DNA of 64,000 nucleotides from an uncultured Candidatus Saccharibacteria bacterium (GCA_964365955.1 CAYISA010000005.1:751-64750); one strand, 5' to 3'. Positions 18,131-27,822 are shown, counted from the first letter of the stretch. The notes: generated by a model from the sequence alone, not told the origin. Made by a program: numbers and translations.

Positions 18131-19559
18131 GTTCTTTTATACTGGTGCCCTCGGGCCGATTCGAACGGCCATCACCTCCTTCGGAGGGAGAGATCCTATC
18201 CATTGAACGACGAGGGCTAAGCCCCATCATTATTCCCAAGAGCAGCCAAAACATCAACCGACCAGCTTGCAGGTCCCAAAAATAATGATCCGCCATTGCC
18301 ATCACAAGAAAAGAAATAAAAAGTGAAAACATAACCACTATTTCCACCGGGAACATCCCTTTTGTCTGCCGCAACGTGATCCACCCCGCGACCCCCAGAT
18401 ACGCAAGAAATATCAAAAAAACCGCGAGCGCCGGAAAACCCGCTTCTGTAGCGATCAGAATAAAAAGATTGTGCACGGGCTGCCAGTTCCAGAATTCCTT
18501 TTCGGTAATTCCTTCGTCCTGATAAAACCCCCGCCCCACTCCATACGCAACTTGGTTCCCCAACCCGACTCCCGACGGCCGCTCTACAATCGTTCGAATC
18601 CCGATCGTGTTATAGAGGACGCGGTACTGGAACGAAGGATCGGTTTGAATTGGAATCGCCGCGCGGGGTAAGACCAGATGCCCAAATGCCGCCAAAAGAA
18701 ATACGGCGATCGCGACTATGCGCGCGAAAAGGAGCAGTACAGGAAACCGCATTTCTCTAATCCATAGTCCCAATAGAACAACAAAAAACGTCATAATGCC
18801 GGCGCCAATCCATCCAGAACGAGAAAAGGAAAATAAAAGTCCCGTACTCACAATAAGAATTCCGGCTCCGATTGCGATTCTCCGCACGGAGAATTTTTTT
18901 GTTGCTTCGCTCAAAAAAAGATAGTAGAGCGCCGCAAGCCCCAGAACCAAAAACGCGGCATAAATGTTTGCGTGTGGGAATGTCCCGTAGGAACGGAGCA
19001 GAAAACCGCCGTCCACCAAAGCCCTTCCTACGTTCTTCGTGGCGCCGGTAATAACCGACTCCCCCAAAAACCACAACCCAACGCTTTTTTGAAATATGGA
19101 CTGAAAAATTCCTACGAGCCCTTCGAGTACCGCAGTCCCGGCAATCGCGGTTGCAACACTTGCGAAAGAAATTATTTTTTTAAAAAGCAAAGTCATGGCA
19201 GCAACGCCAGCGGCAACCGCAAGAAACAGGCGCGCATAAAGAAATAAGCCCGGAAACGACAGGGGTGTATACCAAACGGTCACGAGCACAAAACAAAAAA
19301 ATAAAAATAACAGGGTTTGTGCTTTTTTATTTTTCGCAAAAACTGTTCCGGCGTCTTCCCAAATATTTTTCGAAAAAAGAAACAGAAAGAGAAACAGGAC
19401 AGCGGTCATATCCGTCAAAAACAAAAACACAGCCGAAAATTCCTGAAACCTCGGAAGATTCGTGGGCACTTCAAACAAAAACTTTTTTGTTCCGAACGGA
19501 AGGGAGACGAGAAATACGAAAAATGCGAGCGCCAGAGGATTTTCAAAATACTTTTGCAT
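18117..19559 (-). CDS. O-antigen ligase/Wzy_C family membrane protein
   Basis: RSYGTFPHAN, SFSRSGW, GVGLGN, PVHN..E.G, DHYFWD. Confidence 0.9.
   Translation of the reverse strand: MQKYFENPLALAFFVFLVSLPFGTKKFLFEVPTNLPRFQEFSAVFLFLTDMTAVLFLFLFLFSKNIWEDAGTVFAKNKKAQTLLFLFFCFVLVTVWYTPLSFPGLFLYARLFLAVAAGVAAMTLLFKKIISFASVATAIAGTAVLEGLVGIFQSIFQKSVGLWFLGESVITGATKNVGRALVDGGFLLRSYGTFPHANIYAAFLVLGLAALYYLFLSEATKKFSVRRIAIGAGILIVSTGLLFSFSRSGWIGAGIMTFFVVLLGLWIREMRFPVLLLFARIVAIAVFLLAAFGHLVLPRAAIPIQTDPSFQYRVLYNTIGIRTIVERPSGVGLGNQVAYGVGRGFYQDEGITEKEFWNWQPVHNLFILIATEAGFPALAVFLIFLAYLGVAGWITLRQTKGMFPVEIVVMFSLFISFLVMAMADHYFWDLQAGRLMFWLLLGIMMGLSPRRSMDRISPSEGGDGRSNRPEGTSIKEHEES
18143..18217 (-). tRNA. tRNA-Arg(CCG), CCA encoded
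   Basis: GCCCTCG/CGAGGGC acceptor stem, anticodon loop CT-CCG-AA, T arm GGCCG-TTCGAAT-CGGCC. Confidence 0.95.
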
Positions 19560-19562
19560 TTT

Positions 19563-20669
19563 TCAAAAAATTTTCACTACTCCCGAGATAATCGCCACGG
19601 CAAAGACTAAAATCAGCGGGATCGCAATCCATCGGTACGGATGCGCGGGAAATGCCTTCCGCCACATAAACGCGATCGCCGCTCCTTCCATCCCCAAAAG
19701 CACGCTTCCCGTAAAGCTCACGGCACTCAAAAAATGATTGACTCCCGCGAAGTAGAGCAGAAGCGGAAAAATCCAGGGAACGGCATATGCCGCAACATTC
19801 GGTGCTTTAAGGTCCTCCCGCAAAGTGTCGCGTAGATTGATTCCGATTATAAAATAGGAAGTCCATAGAGCAAAAAAGCCGAGCGTCCCGAGTGCCAAAA
19901 GTGCGCCGGACGGCAAAAATCCCAATCCGGCAACGGCATCGATCGAAGGAGAGGGGGGAAGTGTAAGTATGCCTACCACAAAAACGAAATAGAGTATCAC
20001 GGGAATTACGGTGCCCCAAAAAATAGCGCGCGGAAGAGAGAAAGGGGAATGCTCCCGTTCGCTTTTCCTCCATGTTTTTACCACTTCCCCAATCGCGGGC
20101 CTTCCTGAAAACGCAAAAAGAAGCGGACCGAACGGGAGCACAAAACCGAGCCAACCGGTCAGGGATGGGGTCGAAAACTCAAGAGATTTTCCCGCACCCA
20201 TCCATACAATCGCTCCCACCGCCCCTATAATGCTAAAGACGCCCAAAAACTCCGCCCAACCAACCCACGAGAGCCGTGCGAGCATAAAAAATGATCCGAG
20301 CGCCCAAAAACCTATTACTAAATATCCTGTCGGGATATCCGCCACAAGTTTTAAAAACGACGGCGCCAAAATAAGATAGATGGTCATCACAAACACCAGC
20401 TCCAAAAAAACTCCGCCGGAAACTAGATTCGCAAAGAAACGAGGGAGGTATGTGCGGGCGACGTAAAAAAACTGGTGGGATTCGTCTGTTTTCAATAAAA
20501 GATCCGCGTACATCCGATGAATTACCAAATACACGGCGGCGAAAAAAATAAAATAAAAAATGCCGCGGACCAGCCCCACGCGGCTTATCACATACGGCAA
20601 TGAAAAAATTCCCGCGCCGACAATCGTGCCCACCAAAAGGGCTATCGCCAGCACGCTGTTTTTATGCAT
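19563..20669 (-). CDS. Aromatic amino acid permease family (HAAAP) transporter
   Basis: LVGTIVGAGIFSLPY; about 11 TM segments. Confidence 0.88.
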   Translation of the reverse strand: MHKNSVLAIALLVGTIVGAGIFSLPYVISRVGLVRGIFYFIFFAAVYLVIHRMYADLLLKTDESHQFFYVARTYLPRFFANLVSGGVFLELVFVMTIYLILAPSFLKLVADIPTGYLVIGFWALGSFFMLARLSWVGWAEFLGVFSIIGAVGAIVWMGAGKSLEFSTPSLTGWLGFVLPFGPLLFAFSGRPAIGEVVKTWRKSEREHSPFSLPRAIFWGTVIPVILYFVFVVGILTLPPSPSIDAVAGLGFLPSGALLALGTLGFFALWTSYFIIGINLRDTLREDLKAPNVAAYAVPWIFPLLLYFAGVNHFLSAVSFTGSVLLGMEGAAIAFMWRKAFPAHPYRWIAIPLILVFAVAIISGVVKIF

Positions 20670-20687
20670 AGCGCGCTTTTTTTGTCT

Positions 20688-20987
20688 TTATTCTGTAGCG
20701 TACACCTCGTCTCCTTCGCGAACCTTCCCGTCTACTTTAATTCCCACCTCCTGTCCTTTTTTGGCGGTATCGATCGGTTTGTGGTCAAACTGCATTGATT
20801 TGATGTTTTCCGTAAAATCCGTCGTTGCGCCTTTAAAATGGACCGCGTCTCCCACGCGCATAGCGGTGCTGAATTTTACGATCGCCACTTCCAAATGCCC
20901 GAAATAGTGCGTGACAACTCCGATCGGTTTCGATTTTTTGACTGCTTTCGGTTTTTTCGCTGCCGGTTTTGTTTTTGCGTTCGGCAT
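20688..20987 (-). CDS. Translation elongation factor-like / U32 peptidase C-terminal beta-barrel protein
   Basis: IGVVTHYF, SMQFDH, GQEVGIKV..KVREGD. Confidence 0.85.
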   Translation of the reverse strand: MPNAKTKPAAKKPKAVKKSKPIGVVTHYFGHLEVAIVKFSTAMRVGDAVHFKGATTDFTENIKSMQFDHKPIDTAKKGQEVGIKVDGKVREGDEVYATE

Positions 20988-20993
20988 AATCGT

Positions 20994-21626
20994 TTAAAGA
21001 TGAATACGACCTTTGATTCCCTGTTTTTCTTCCTCTTCTTCAATCAGGTTCAGTACTTTTTCGACCAAATCCGACGGGTCGGAAGAGAACACAATCTTCC
21101 CGGGTCCCCGATGCGCCATTTCCAGAATATCCTTGATTCTATCCGCCATTCCTCCGGAACCTTCCAATATCCCCTGCGGTTTTTGATCTTCAAACGCGAT
21201 GGTGAATTCGTTTAAGGTTCCCATTCTCCCGCAGATCGTAATCACGGCATCCGCAGAACGCGTAAGAAGCAAATTGCGGCCCGCGTACTCGAAACCGGTA
21301 TAGATCACCATGTCGTGATAATCGAGTGGAAGATGATAGGTTTTTACATGCGCTACTTTCGAAGCGGCGGGAGAGAGGCCGATTACCACGCCGCCCGCTT
21401 CTTTCGCGCCTTTTGCCGCCCAGTACGGAGTCCCGGTGGTGGCTCCGGTCACCAGAATAAGACCACGTTTGGCGATTTCCCGCCCAATTTGTTCCGCTTT
21501 TTCGAGAGCATCCTTCGCGCAATGACCCGTTTCCGCCGCTCCGGATACGCAGATTTTATATTTTAAATTATGACTGTGATTATGAATGACTTTTGCGGTA
21601 TCACCCGCATTTTTCTTGATCGGCAT
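20994..21626 (-). CDS. LOG/SLOG-family nucleotide-binding protein
   Basis: LVTGATTG, IGLSPA, YTGF..GRN, GTLNE. Confidence 0.88.
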   Translation of the reverse strand: MPIKKNAGDTAKVIHNHSHNLKYKICVSGAAETGHCAKDALEKAEQIGREIAKRGLILVTGATTGTPYWAAKGAKEAGGVVIGLSPAASKVAHVKTYHLPLDYHDMVIYTGFEYAGRNLLLTRSADAVITICGRMGTLNEFTIAFEDQKPQGILEGSGGMADRIKDILEMAHRGPGKIVFSSDPSDLVEKVLNLIEEEEEKQGIKGRIHL

Positions 21627-21632
21627 ATGTAT

Positions 21633-22997
21633 CTATAATATCACACTGTCGCCCGCAGTCGGCACAGATGCTTCAACTGCCAGTTCGTCGCGTAATTTAA
21701 GCGCCAACGCTTCCGCCTGTTCTTCTTCTCCCTGAACTACAAATACTTTTTTGACACGGCTTCGCATTGCGTCCACCCATTTCACCAACTGCGGCTGATC
21801 CGCGTGCGCGGAATAACCGCTGATCGTACATGTTTTGCATCGCACCGGAACGACTTCTCCAAACATTTTTACGCTCGTCGCACCATCTAAAATCAAACGC
21901 CCCAGCGTTCCTTTGCCTTGATGCCCCACAAAAATAATCGTGCTGGCGGGGTCGGATAGGTACCTTCGTTCGTGGTGAAGAATGCGTCCGCCATTCGACA
22001 TGCCGGAACCCGCCATAATGACTTTGGGCGACGGGACATCATTAATCGCCTTTGATTCTTCTGTGGTAAGCGTCATACGAAGTCCGGGGAAATTAAAAAT
22101 AGCATCGCCTTTCTGAATCAATTGGATCGCTTTTTCGCTGAAATAATGGGGATCTTCGGAATATTTCTGATAGACCGCTGTGAGCTTGATTGCGAGCGGA
22201 CTGTCGATAAACACCGGAATGCGCGGAATACGCCCGTGTTCCACAAGTTCATTCAGTTCAAAAATCATCTCTTGCGTGCGCTCCAGCGCAAACGCAGGAA
22301 TCATCACTACACCTTTCAAAAGAATCGTCTCTTCAATCGCGTCTTCCAATAAATCCTTCCGCTCCGCCGCTTTTTCGTGTATTCGCGCGCCATAGACGGA
22401 TTCCACCAGCGCGTAATCCACGTCTTCGATATATTCCGTAGGGCGGATAAACGGAGCGGGAATATTCCCCAAATCACCCGAAAAAACAATCTTCTTCCCT
22501 TCTGCCTCAACCAGAATGGAAGCGGACCCCAAGACGTGCCCCGCATCATAAAGCTCAACAGTAAACGGCCCTACCGTAACGTGTTCGTGATACGCAATCT
22601 TCTGCCAAAACCCGACCGTCTGTATGACATCCGCGATGCTATATAAAGGGGTTCGTTTTTTTCTTTCGGCTTCCTCCCGAAGCAGATGCTCGGAGTCCAC
22701 CAGAAGCGACTCCGCCATGTCTTTGGTGGGGTGCGTTGAGTAGATTTTCCCGTGAAATCCCGCTTTGATGAGTTTCGGCAGCCGCCCGGTGTGATCAATA
22801 TGCGCGTGCGTGATAAAAACTGCGGAAATGTTTTTAGGGTCAAACTCAAACGGCTTATAATTTTCTTCTTCCACGTAACTCGATCCCTGGTGCAGTCCGC
22901 AGTCCACTAGAATCTTCGTGTCGCCGGACTCCAGTAAATAATTGGAGCCGGTTACTTCTTTCACGGCTCCCAAAAATGTGAGTTTCATCCCGTTCAT
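21633..22997 (-). CDS. MBL-fold beta-CASP ribonuclease
   Basis: EVTGS, THAHIDHTG, AGHVLG, FSGDLG, AGSGM..GGRI, YSAHAD. Confidence 0.95.
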   Translation of the reverse strand: MNGMKLTFLGAVKEVTGSNYLLESGDTKILVDCGLHQGSSYVEEENYKPFEFDPKNISAVFITHAHIDHTGRLPKLIKAGFHGKIYSTHPTKDMAESLLVDSEHLLREEAERKKRTPLYSIADVIQTVGFWQKIAYHEHVTVGPFTVELYDAGHVLGSASILVEAEGKKIVFSGDLGNIPAPFIRPTEYIEDVDYALVESVYGARIHEKAAERKDLLEDAIEETILLKGVVMIPAFALERTQEMIFELNELVEHGRIPRIPVFIDSPLAIKLTAVYQKYSEDPHYFSEKAIQLIQKGDAIFNFPGLRMTLTTEESKAINDVPSPKVIMAGSGMSNGGRILHHERRYLSDPASTIIFVGHQGKGTLGRLILDGATSVKMFGEVVPVRCKTCTISGYSAHADQPQLVKWVDAMRSRVKKVFVVQGEEEQAEALALKLRDELAVEASVPTAGDSVIL

Positions 22998-23127
22998 TAT
23001 AAATTGTCTGCACCAAAATAAAAAATCAGAATCTCGATGCCCTGATCAATCCCACCTGCTTCTCCAAAACGTGCATATTTCCATCCCAGAAGTATGGGAA
23101 TTCAATCACATACATATTTAGTATATA

Positions 23128-23155
23128 AAAAAGCCTCTCGTTTGCACGAGAGGCT
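23128..23155 (-). terminator. Terminator/hairpin downstream of the DGR-target-like gene
   Basis: AGCCTCTCGT-GCAA-ACGAGAGGCT plus T-run. Confidence 0.85.
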
Positions 23156-23212
23156 AAGTCTAAGGGTCTAAGAGACCCGAGGTCATTACTGATGGACGTA
23201 AGCGTCTAAGCG

Positions 23213-23869
23213 CTATTCGTCGCAGTCGCAGAGACACAGGACAACGCCGTCGGAACGCCAGCCAAACTCGAAGTAGCCGAGGTAGAACCGGAAGTCACCG
23301 CCCGAGGCAGCGTCCACGCGCGGCACCCTGTGGTCACCGCCGGAGTCCTGCCAAAGAGCATCTTTCTCATCGAAAGAAACCGTGTACTTTCCTTTCGGAA
23401 GCACATCCTTCTTCAGCTGGTAGACCAGGGACAACCCTTGGGCACCCGTGAGGATCGCGCCGACCGCTTTGTAGAGGCCGAGACAATCGTCGGAGTTGAC
23501 GGTCTTGCGGATCGAGAAGAGTTTCGCTTTGTAGGTTTTCCCGGGGACGAGCTTCTGCGTCGCCTTCCGGAAATTCCTGTCCGTGATCTCATCATTGAAG
23601 TAGTAAAACTCCTTCTTCTTGAGTGTGCTGAGCTACGTTCCGTGGTCGTAGTCCGTGGGGACCGTGATCTTGAATTCCATGAGGAATTCGAATCGAGAGT
23701 CGATCGACGGGAGTTTCTTGCCCGAAAGAAACGCCTCGCGCTGTTCTTTCGTTAAATTGTTGAACCACTCAACTTGAGCGAGGGTCATCTGACCGCTACG
23801 CATCTTCGACAGCATGTCGATTTGCAAACCAGCCAATTTGGCCGCATCTGCGCCGATGATCATCTCCAT
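23213..23869 (-). pseudogene. DGR-target-like (CLec-type C-terminus) gene interrupted by one in-frame TAG (23633-23635)
   Basis: ORFs 23633-23869 and 23213-23434 are in the same frame and open on both sides of the TAG; promoter TTGACA-18-TACAAT, RBS and terminator; C-terminus HRVPRVD..GDFRFYLGYFEFGW....LCLCD. Confidence 0.7.
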
Positions 23870-23999
23870 CGTTGTACCTTTCTGTTAATGAACACCTAGA
23901 GATTGCTAGGTCAGGCGTACGAGTATCGTACGTTAGAATTGTAGCATGGTAGACGCTATTTTGTCAAGTATATAAAACCTTCTAAGATAGGGGGTTTAG

Positions 24000-25274
24000 T
24001 TAGTGTGCACGTTCTTTTTGTGCCAGCGCTTCTTCTACCACTTTCCGGTCACTCCACGGGATTTTCTTGCCTTTTGCGACGCGCAAATACGGCTCGCTCC
24101 CTTTCCCGGTTACAACCACAACATCTCCTTTTTTTGCCAACTGAACCGCTTTTTGAATCGCCTGCCTGCGATCCAAAATAGGGTAATAATTATTCGGTTT
24201 CAGTCGTGAATGTGTTGCGGTCAAAAAACCTTCCTCCACTTGTTTAATGATCTCCTCGGGGTTTTCGTCAAACGGGTCTTCGTTCGTCAAAATAATTTTT
24301 TCACAATGCTCTGCCGCGATCTGTCCCAAAACCGGACGCTTCCATTTGTCTCGTCCGCCTCCGGCGGCACCGAGCACGCAGATGAGCTCACCGCCCGAAT
24401 CCACTAAAAATCCCCGCTCAAGGGTTTCGTACACTTTTTCGAGTGAATCGAGAGTGTGCGCATAATCCACGACAACCGCGAAGGGAGTTTTTTGGACGAA
24501 TTCCAACCGCCCCGGAACGCCGCGAAAGTTATCGAGCGCTCGTTTGATTATTTTCCAGTGAATCCCGCGGGAACGCGCAAACGTCACCGCCGCAGCCGCG
24601 TTTTCCAGATTGAAGTCCGCCATGAGCCAATCCCCCAACAACCGCCGACTCTCTGCCGAGCTTAGATCGTACTGCGCCCCGAGGTCTTCCTTCACAAACC
24701 GCTCGCGTCCAAAAAATGAAATGTTGGAATCCGGAACCGCACGAGCCGCTTCTTCAAAATATTTCTGATTTTTGTCTTCTTCGTTGATGAAAAAATACTT
24801 TACTTTTTTTCGGGATGTCGCAAGCGAACGGAAAAATTCCATCTTTGCGTCACGATACTTTTCGAACGATCCGTGCGATTCGATATGCTCGGGCGCCAGA
24901 TTCAGAAACACAGCCGCATCCCAATCGATAAACTTGTGCCGATGCTGAACGACGCCCTGTGACGTAACTTCAATAAACGCATACTCGCACCCGCACTGCA
25001 CGGCTTCATTCAAAAACTGCTGAATCGCAAACCGCCCCGGCATGGTGTTGCCCGTAAGATTCGCCGCTTCGGACGCGCAGATTTTGCGCCGCACCGAAGA
25101 AAGCAACGCGGTGTTTTTGCCCGCTGCCTCGAAAATAGCATTCATGAGTTCCAACACCGTTGACTTCCCTTTGGTCCCGGTGACCCCGACCACAAACAGG
25201 CGCCTGCTCGGGTGACGCAGAAACAGATCTCCGAACCACGCCCACCCAAAATGATAAAGAGAGGTGAGGTTCAT
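24000..25274 (-). CDS. murE: MurE-type Mur ligase
   Basis: GVTGTKGKST, EVTSQG, EHIESH, VDYAHT, GGRDKWKR, NEDP, GKGSE. Confidence 0.92.
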   Translation of the reverse strand: MNLTSLYHFGWAWFGDLFLRHPSRRLFVVGVTGTKGKSTVLELMNAIFEAAGKNTALLSSVRRKICASEAANLTGNTMPGRFAIQQFLNEAVQCGCEYAFIEVTSQGVVQHRHKFIDWDAAVFLNLAPEHIESHGSFEKYRDAKMEFFRSLATSRKKVKYFFINEEDKNQKYFEEAARAVPDSNISFFGRERFVKEDLGAQYDLSSAESRRLLGDWLMADFNLENAAAAVTFARSRGIHWKIIKRALDNFRGVPGRLEFVQKTPFAVVVDYAHTLDSLEKVYETLERGFLVDSGGELICVLGAAGGGRDKWKRPVLGQIAAEHCEKIILTNEDPFDENPEEIIKQVEEGFLTATHSRLKPNNYYPILDRRQAIQKAVQLAKKGDVVVVTGKGSEPYLRVAKGKKIPWSDRKVVEEALAQKERAH

Positions 25275-25281
25275 CGTTTAT

Positions 25282-25866
25282 TTATGCCCGCTTTTTACTT
25301 AAAATCTGGAGCGCTTTTTTGAGCCGACTCTCAAGCGTTTTTTCCCCGTGTCCTATTTCTTTTAGAGCTTGCTTTACGTGCCCGCGCAGATACCCCAAAC
25401 CTACCAGCGCCTCTTCCACCTCGGCATTCACGTCCATTACGTCCGTGCGCGTCCGGGATTCTGGAAGATGCACTTTGCTTTCGAGATCCAAAATAATCCG
25501 CTCGGCCGTTTTTCTGCCGATGCCCGACGCTTTTGTAAGAAACTCGGGGCGCTTCTCCAAAATAGCCGCCATCAAATTTTCTACTGTGTCGCTTTCCAGA
25601 ACGGAAAGCGCGGATTTTGGCCCCACCCCCGAAACGCTCGTGAGCAACTCAAAAAATCGTAGTTCGTTTTTTTCCAAAAACCCGTAAAGCGATTCCCCGT
25701 CTTCTTTCACGTGATGAAATGTGAATAGCGTGATTTTCGATCCCGCCTCCGGAAGTCGGCGAATCGTTGCGGCATTTAAGAATACCTGATATCCCACCCC
25801 TCCCACATCCAAAATCACAAAGGATTCCCGTTTGCTAAAAAGCGTGCCAGTGAGCTGGTAGATCAT
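25282..25866 (-). CDS. ruvA: Holliday junction protein RuvA
   Basis: GVGY, LYGF, VSGVGPKSA, GIGRKTAERI. Confidence 0.97.
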   Translation of the reverse strand: MIYQLTGTLFSKRESFVILDVGGVGYQVFLNAATIRRLPEAGSKITLFTFHHVKEDGESLYGFLEKNELRFFELLTSVSGVGPKSALSVLESDTVENLMAAILEKRPEFLTKASGIGRKTAERIILDLESKVHLPESRTRTDVMDVNAEVEEALVGLGYLRGHVKQALKEIGHGEKTLESRLKKALQILSKKRA

Positions 25867-25953
25867 TTGGTTTTAGTATAAAAGAAATTCTGTCTTTTTT
25901 CTAACTGTTTTTATTTGACTTCCGAAAGTAAATACGATTAAAATAGAGCCATA

Positions 25954-26208
25954 ATGCCCAAAACAAAATCCGCCAAAAAAGCGCTCCGCCAGGGTCATCG
26001 GCGATTCAAGCAAAATACGTCCCGCAAAAATGAGCTGAAAACCGTGGTGAAAAGATACCGGAATCTCTTGCAAGACGGAAAGAAAGAGGAGGCTCAAGTG
26101 TATCTGGCAACCGTCTATAAAAAATTCGACAAAATGGCAAAGGCGGGACTCATCAAAAAAGGAAAAGCGCGTCGTGTAAAATCGCGTTTTTCGAAAAAAC
26201 TAAAATAA
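25954..26208 (+). CDS. rpsT: 30S ribosomal protein S20
   Basis: MPKTKSAKKALRQ...DKMAK...KARRVKSR. Confidence 0.96.
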   Translation: MPKTKSAKKALRQGHRRFKQNTSRKNELKTVVKRYRNLLQDGKKEEAQVYLATVYKKFDKMAKAGLIKKGKARRVKSRFSKKLK

Positions 26209-27033
26209 CCCAAAACGCTCACCCCCTAACGCTAGATCGGTGAGCGCTTCTTCGTACTCTAATTTTCCGCTTTTTACCGCCACATCATAGTCCGCCATTT
26301 TTAAGATCGCGGGGCCTTGTGCAAGCGACCCCGCCATATTGAATACGTATGCCGCTTCCTCTTCGTGGAGCGCGCGCTCAAGAAAAAAAAGGGCTTCCGG
26401 GCTGTTGCGCGCATTCAAAATTCCGCGCGCGAGCGCGAACACTCCCGTTTTCTGGCCTCCGGTCAGAATGGTTTGTATATGGTTCAGCGAAACAGGAGCC
26501 GGAAAATGCGCGAGCTCCGTTTTTTGAAGTGCGCGGACAACGGTCCATCCACGCTCCACGCCATTTTGAATGGCATCCGCAAAAAACCGAAAAGCATCGG
26601 GGCTTAAAACAACTCCGTATGTCGAGCATTCTTTTTTGATAAATTCAGAAAGCGCGACACCGACGAGCTCCGGAAACTCCTGCGCACGCGTGGGCGGTTT
26701 CGTTAAAAACTGAAACGCTTTGCGCGGTTTCGCCTGGTCCACCGCGATCACGAATATTGTTACCGATTCCAACTCTTTCTTGAGCGTCTTAATCCACTCT
26801 TTTTCATCGCGCTCCGGAACTTCGTTCGCCCCGCGAAGGATCGCAAGTTTTGAGTCCGCAAACATGGAGGGCTGTTCCAAAAAATCCCGAACATTCGTCC
26901 AGTGATCGGGGTTCTTCTCCAAATCCGCCTCGAAGATATCCGTTTCTTTATTTTTCCCGCGATACTCTACAACCAGCTCGTGGAGTTTCCGCGCGCGCCG
27001 ATAAGAATCGGGACCGTAGAGATAGATGATCAT
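26200..27033 (-). CDS. holA: DNA polymerase III delta subunit
   Basis: IYLYGPDSY, SMF..KL, DVAVKSG. Confidence 0.85.
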   Translation of the reverse strand: MIIYLYGPDSYRRARKLHELVVEYRGKNKETDIFEADLEKNPDHWTNVRDFLEQPSMFADSKLAILRGANEVPERDEKEWIKTLKKELESVTIFVIAVDQAKPRKAFQFLTKPPTRAQEFPELVGVALSEFIKKECSTYGVVLSPDAFRFFADAIQNGVERGWTVVRALQKTELAHFPAPVSLNHIQTILTGGQKTGVFALARGILNARNSPEALFFLERALHEEEAAYVFNMAGSLAQGPAILKMADYDVAVKSGKLEYEEALTDLALGGERFGLF

Positions 27034-27247
27034 GGCTTATTTTCCAGTTTACTCTTTCTATTTAAAAACAAAAATCCCTTCTTCTGCAAAAGCAGAAAAG
27101 AGGCGCACTATTCGACTGTTATGCTATAGCATAACACCCATCCTTCGTAGTCATAGCGGTCTATTACGAAGTAGGCCACCCGTGATTTTCTCAAAAGCAT
27201 AATAAAATCCCCTGCCGTTACAGACAGGGGACTCGATAAACCCACGG

Positions 27248-27694
27248 TCACTGAAGAAGAATCTGTTTCCCGTCGTCCGAAAGTTCCATAAGGATACTTT
27301 TTTCGTTGACGGTGGACCAGTCGTTATTCTCCCAGTTCCATGTCCACTGGGAATAATCCCAAGTCACTTTCGCTCCATGGATCTGCCCGATCTTTCTGAC
27401 CGGAGGGAGAATCACGACTTCGATGTAGAGGTTGTAGTTTCGTTGAACGAAGATTGAACGATTACCGTAACTAACTCTGGTGGAAGTCCCTGAAGGAACC
27501 GTAAAGCTCAGAGGGCCGAGCTCGACCGGAAGCTCGTAGGGCGTGTTGTTGACGAATTTGATACCCGCCACAGCACCGCCTCCGAAAGCGTACTGTTTGA
27601 AACTGGTGGTGGAGATTGTGTAGGTCCCCATGGCACATCCCCCGAAGCCCAACGCGACAATCACGAGAGCGAGAAAAAATACCTTCGTTTTCAT
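27248..27694 (-). CDS. Hypothetical lipoprotein
   Basis: Signal peptide with GGC lipobox; promoter TTGACT-17-TATAAT, AAGGA RBS, terminator at 27208-27231. Confidence 0.75.
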   Translation of the reverse strand: MKTKVFFLALVIVALGFGGCAMGTYTISTTSFKQYAFGGGAVAGIKFVNNTPYELPVELGPLSFTVPSGTSTRVSYGNRSIFVQRNYNLYIEVVILPPVRKIGQIHGAKVTWDYSQWTWNWENNDWSTVNEKSILMELSDDGKQILLQ

Positions 27695-27822
27695 CTTTAA
27701 ATCCTTTCTTGAATATGAATAAGTTAAGTTTCTAGTATAATTATATCACCAAATACCACAGAAGTCAAATATGCACAGTTTTCGTTGATATTCGGGGCTT
27801 TGGGGGCTATCATGAATAAACA

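Noticed and set aside
22998-23125. Possible tiny ORF or gene remnant upstream of the beta-CASP gene
   Set aside because: Only frames of about 30 codons with no recognisable motif; insufficient support
23633-23635. Genome-wide TAG reassignment
   Set aside because: argS, rplT, ruvB and dnaN end at TAG at their expected C-termini
23330-23755. 141-aa plus-strand ORF
   Set aside because: Antisense shadow of the interrupted minus-strand gene, which has the promoter, RBS and terminator
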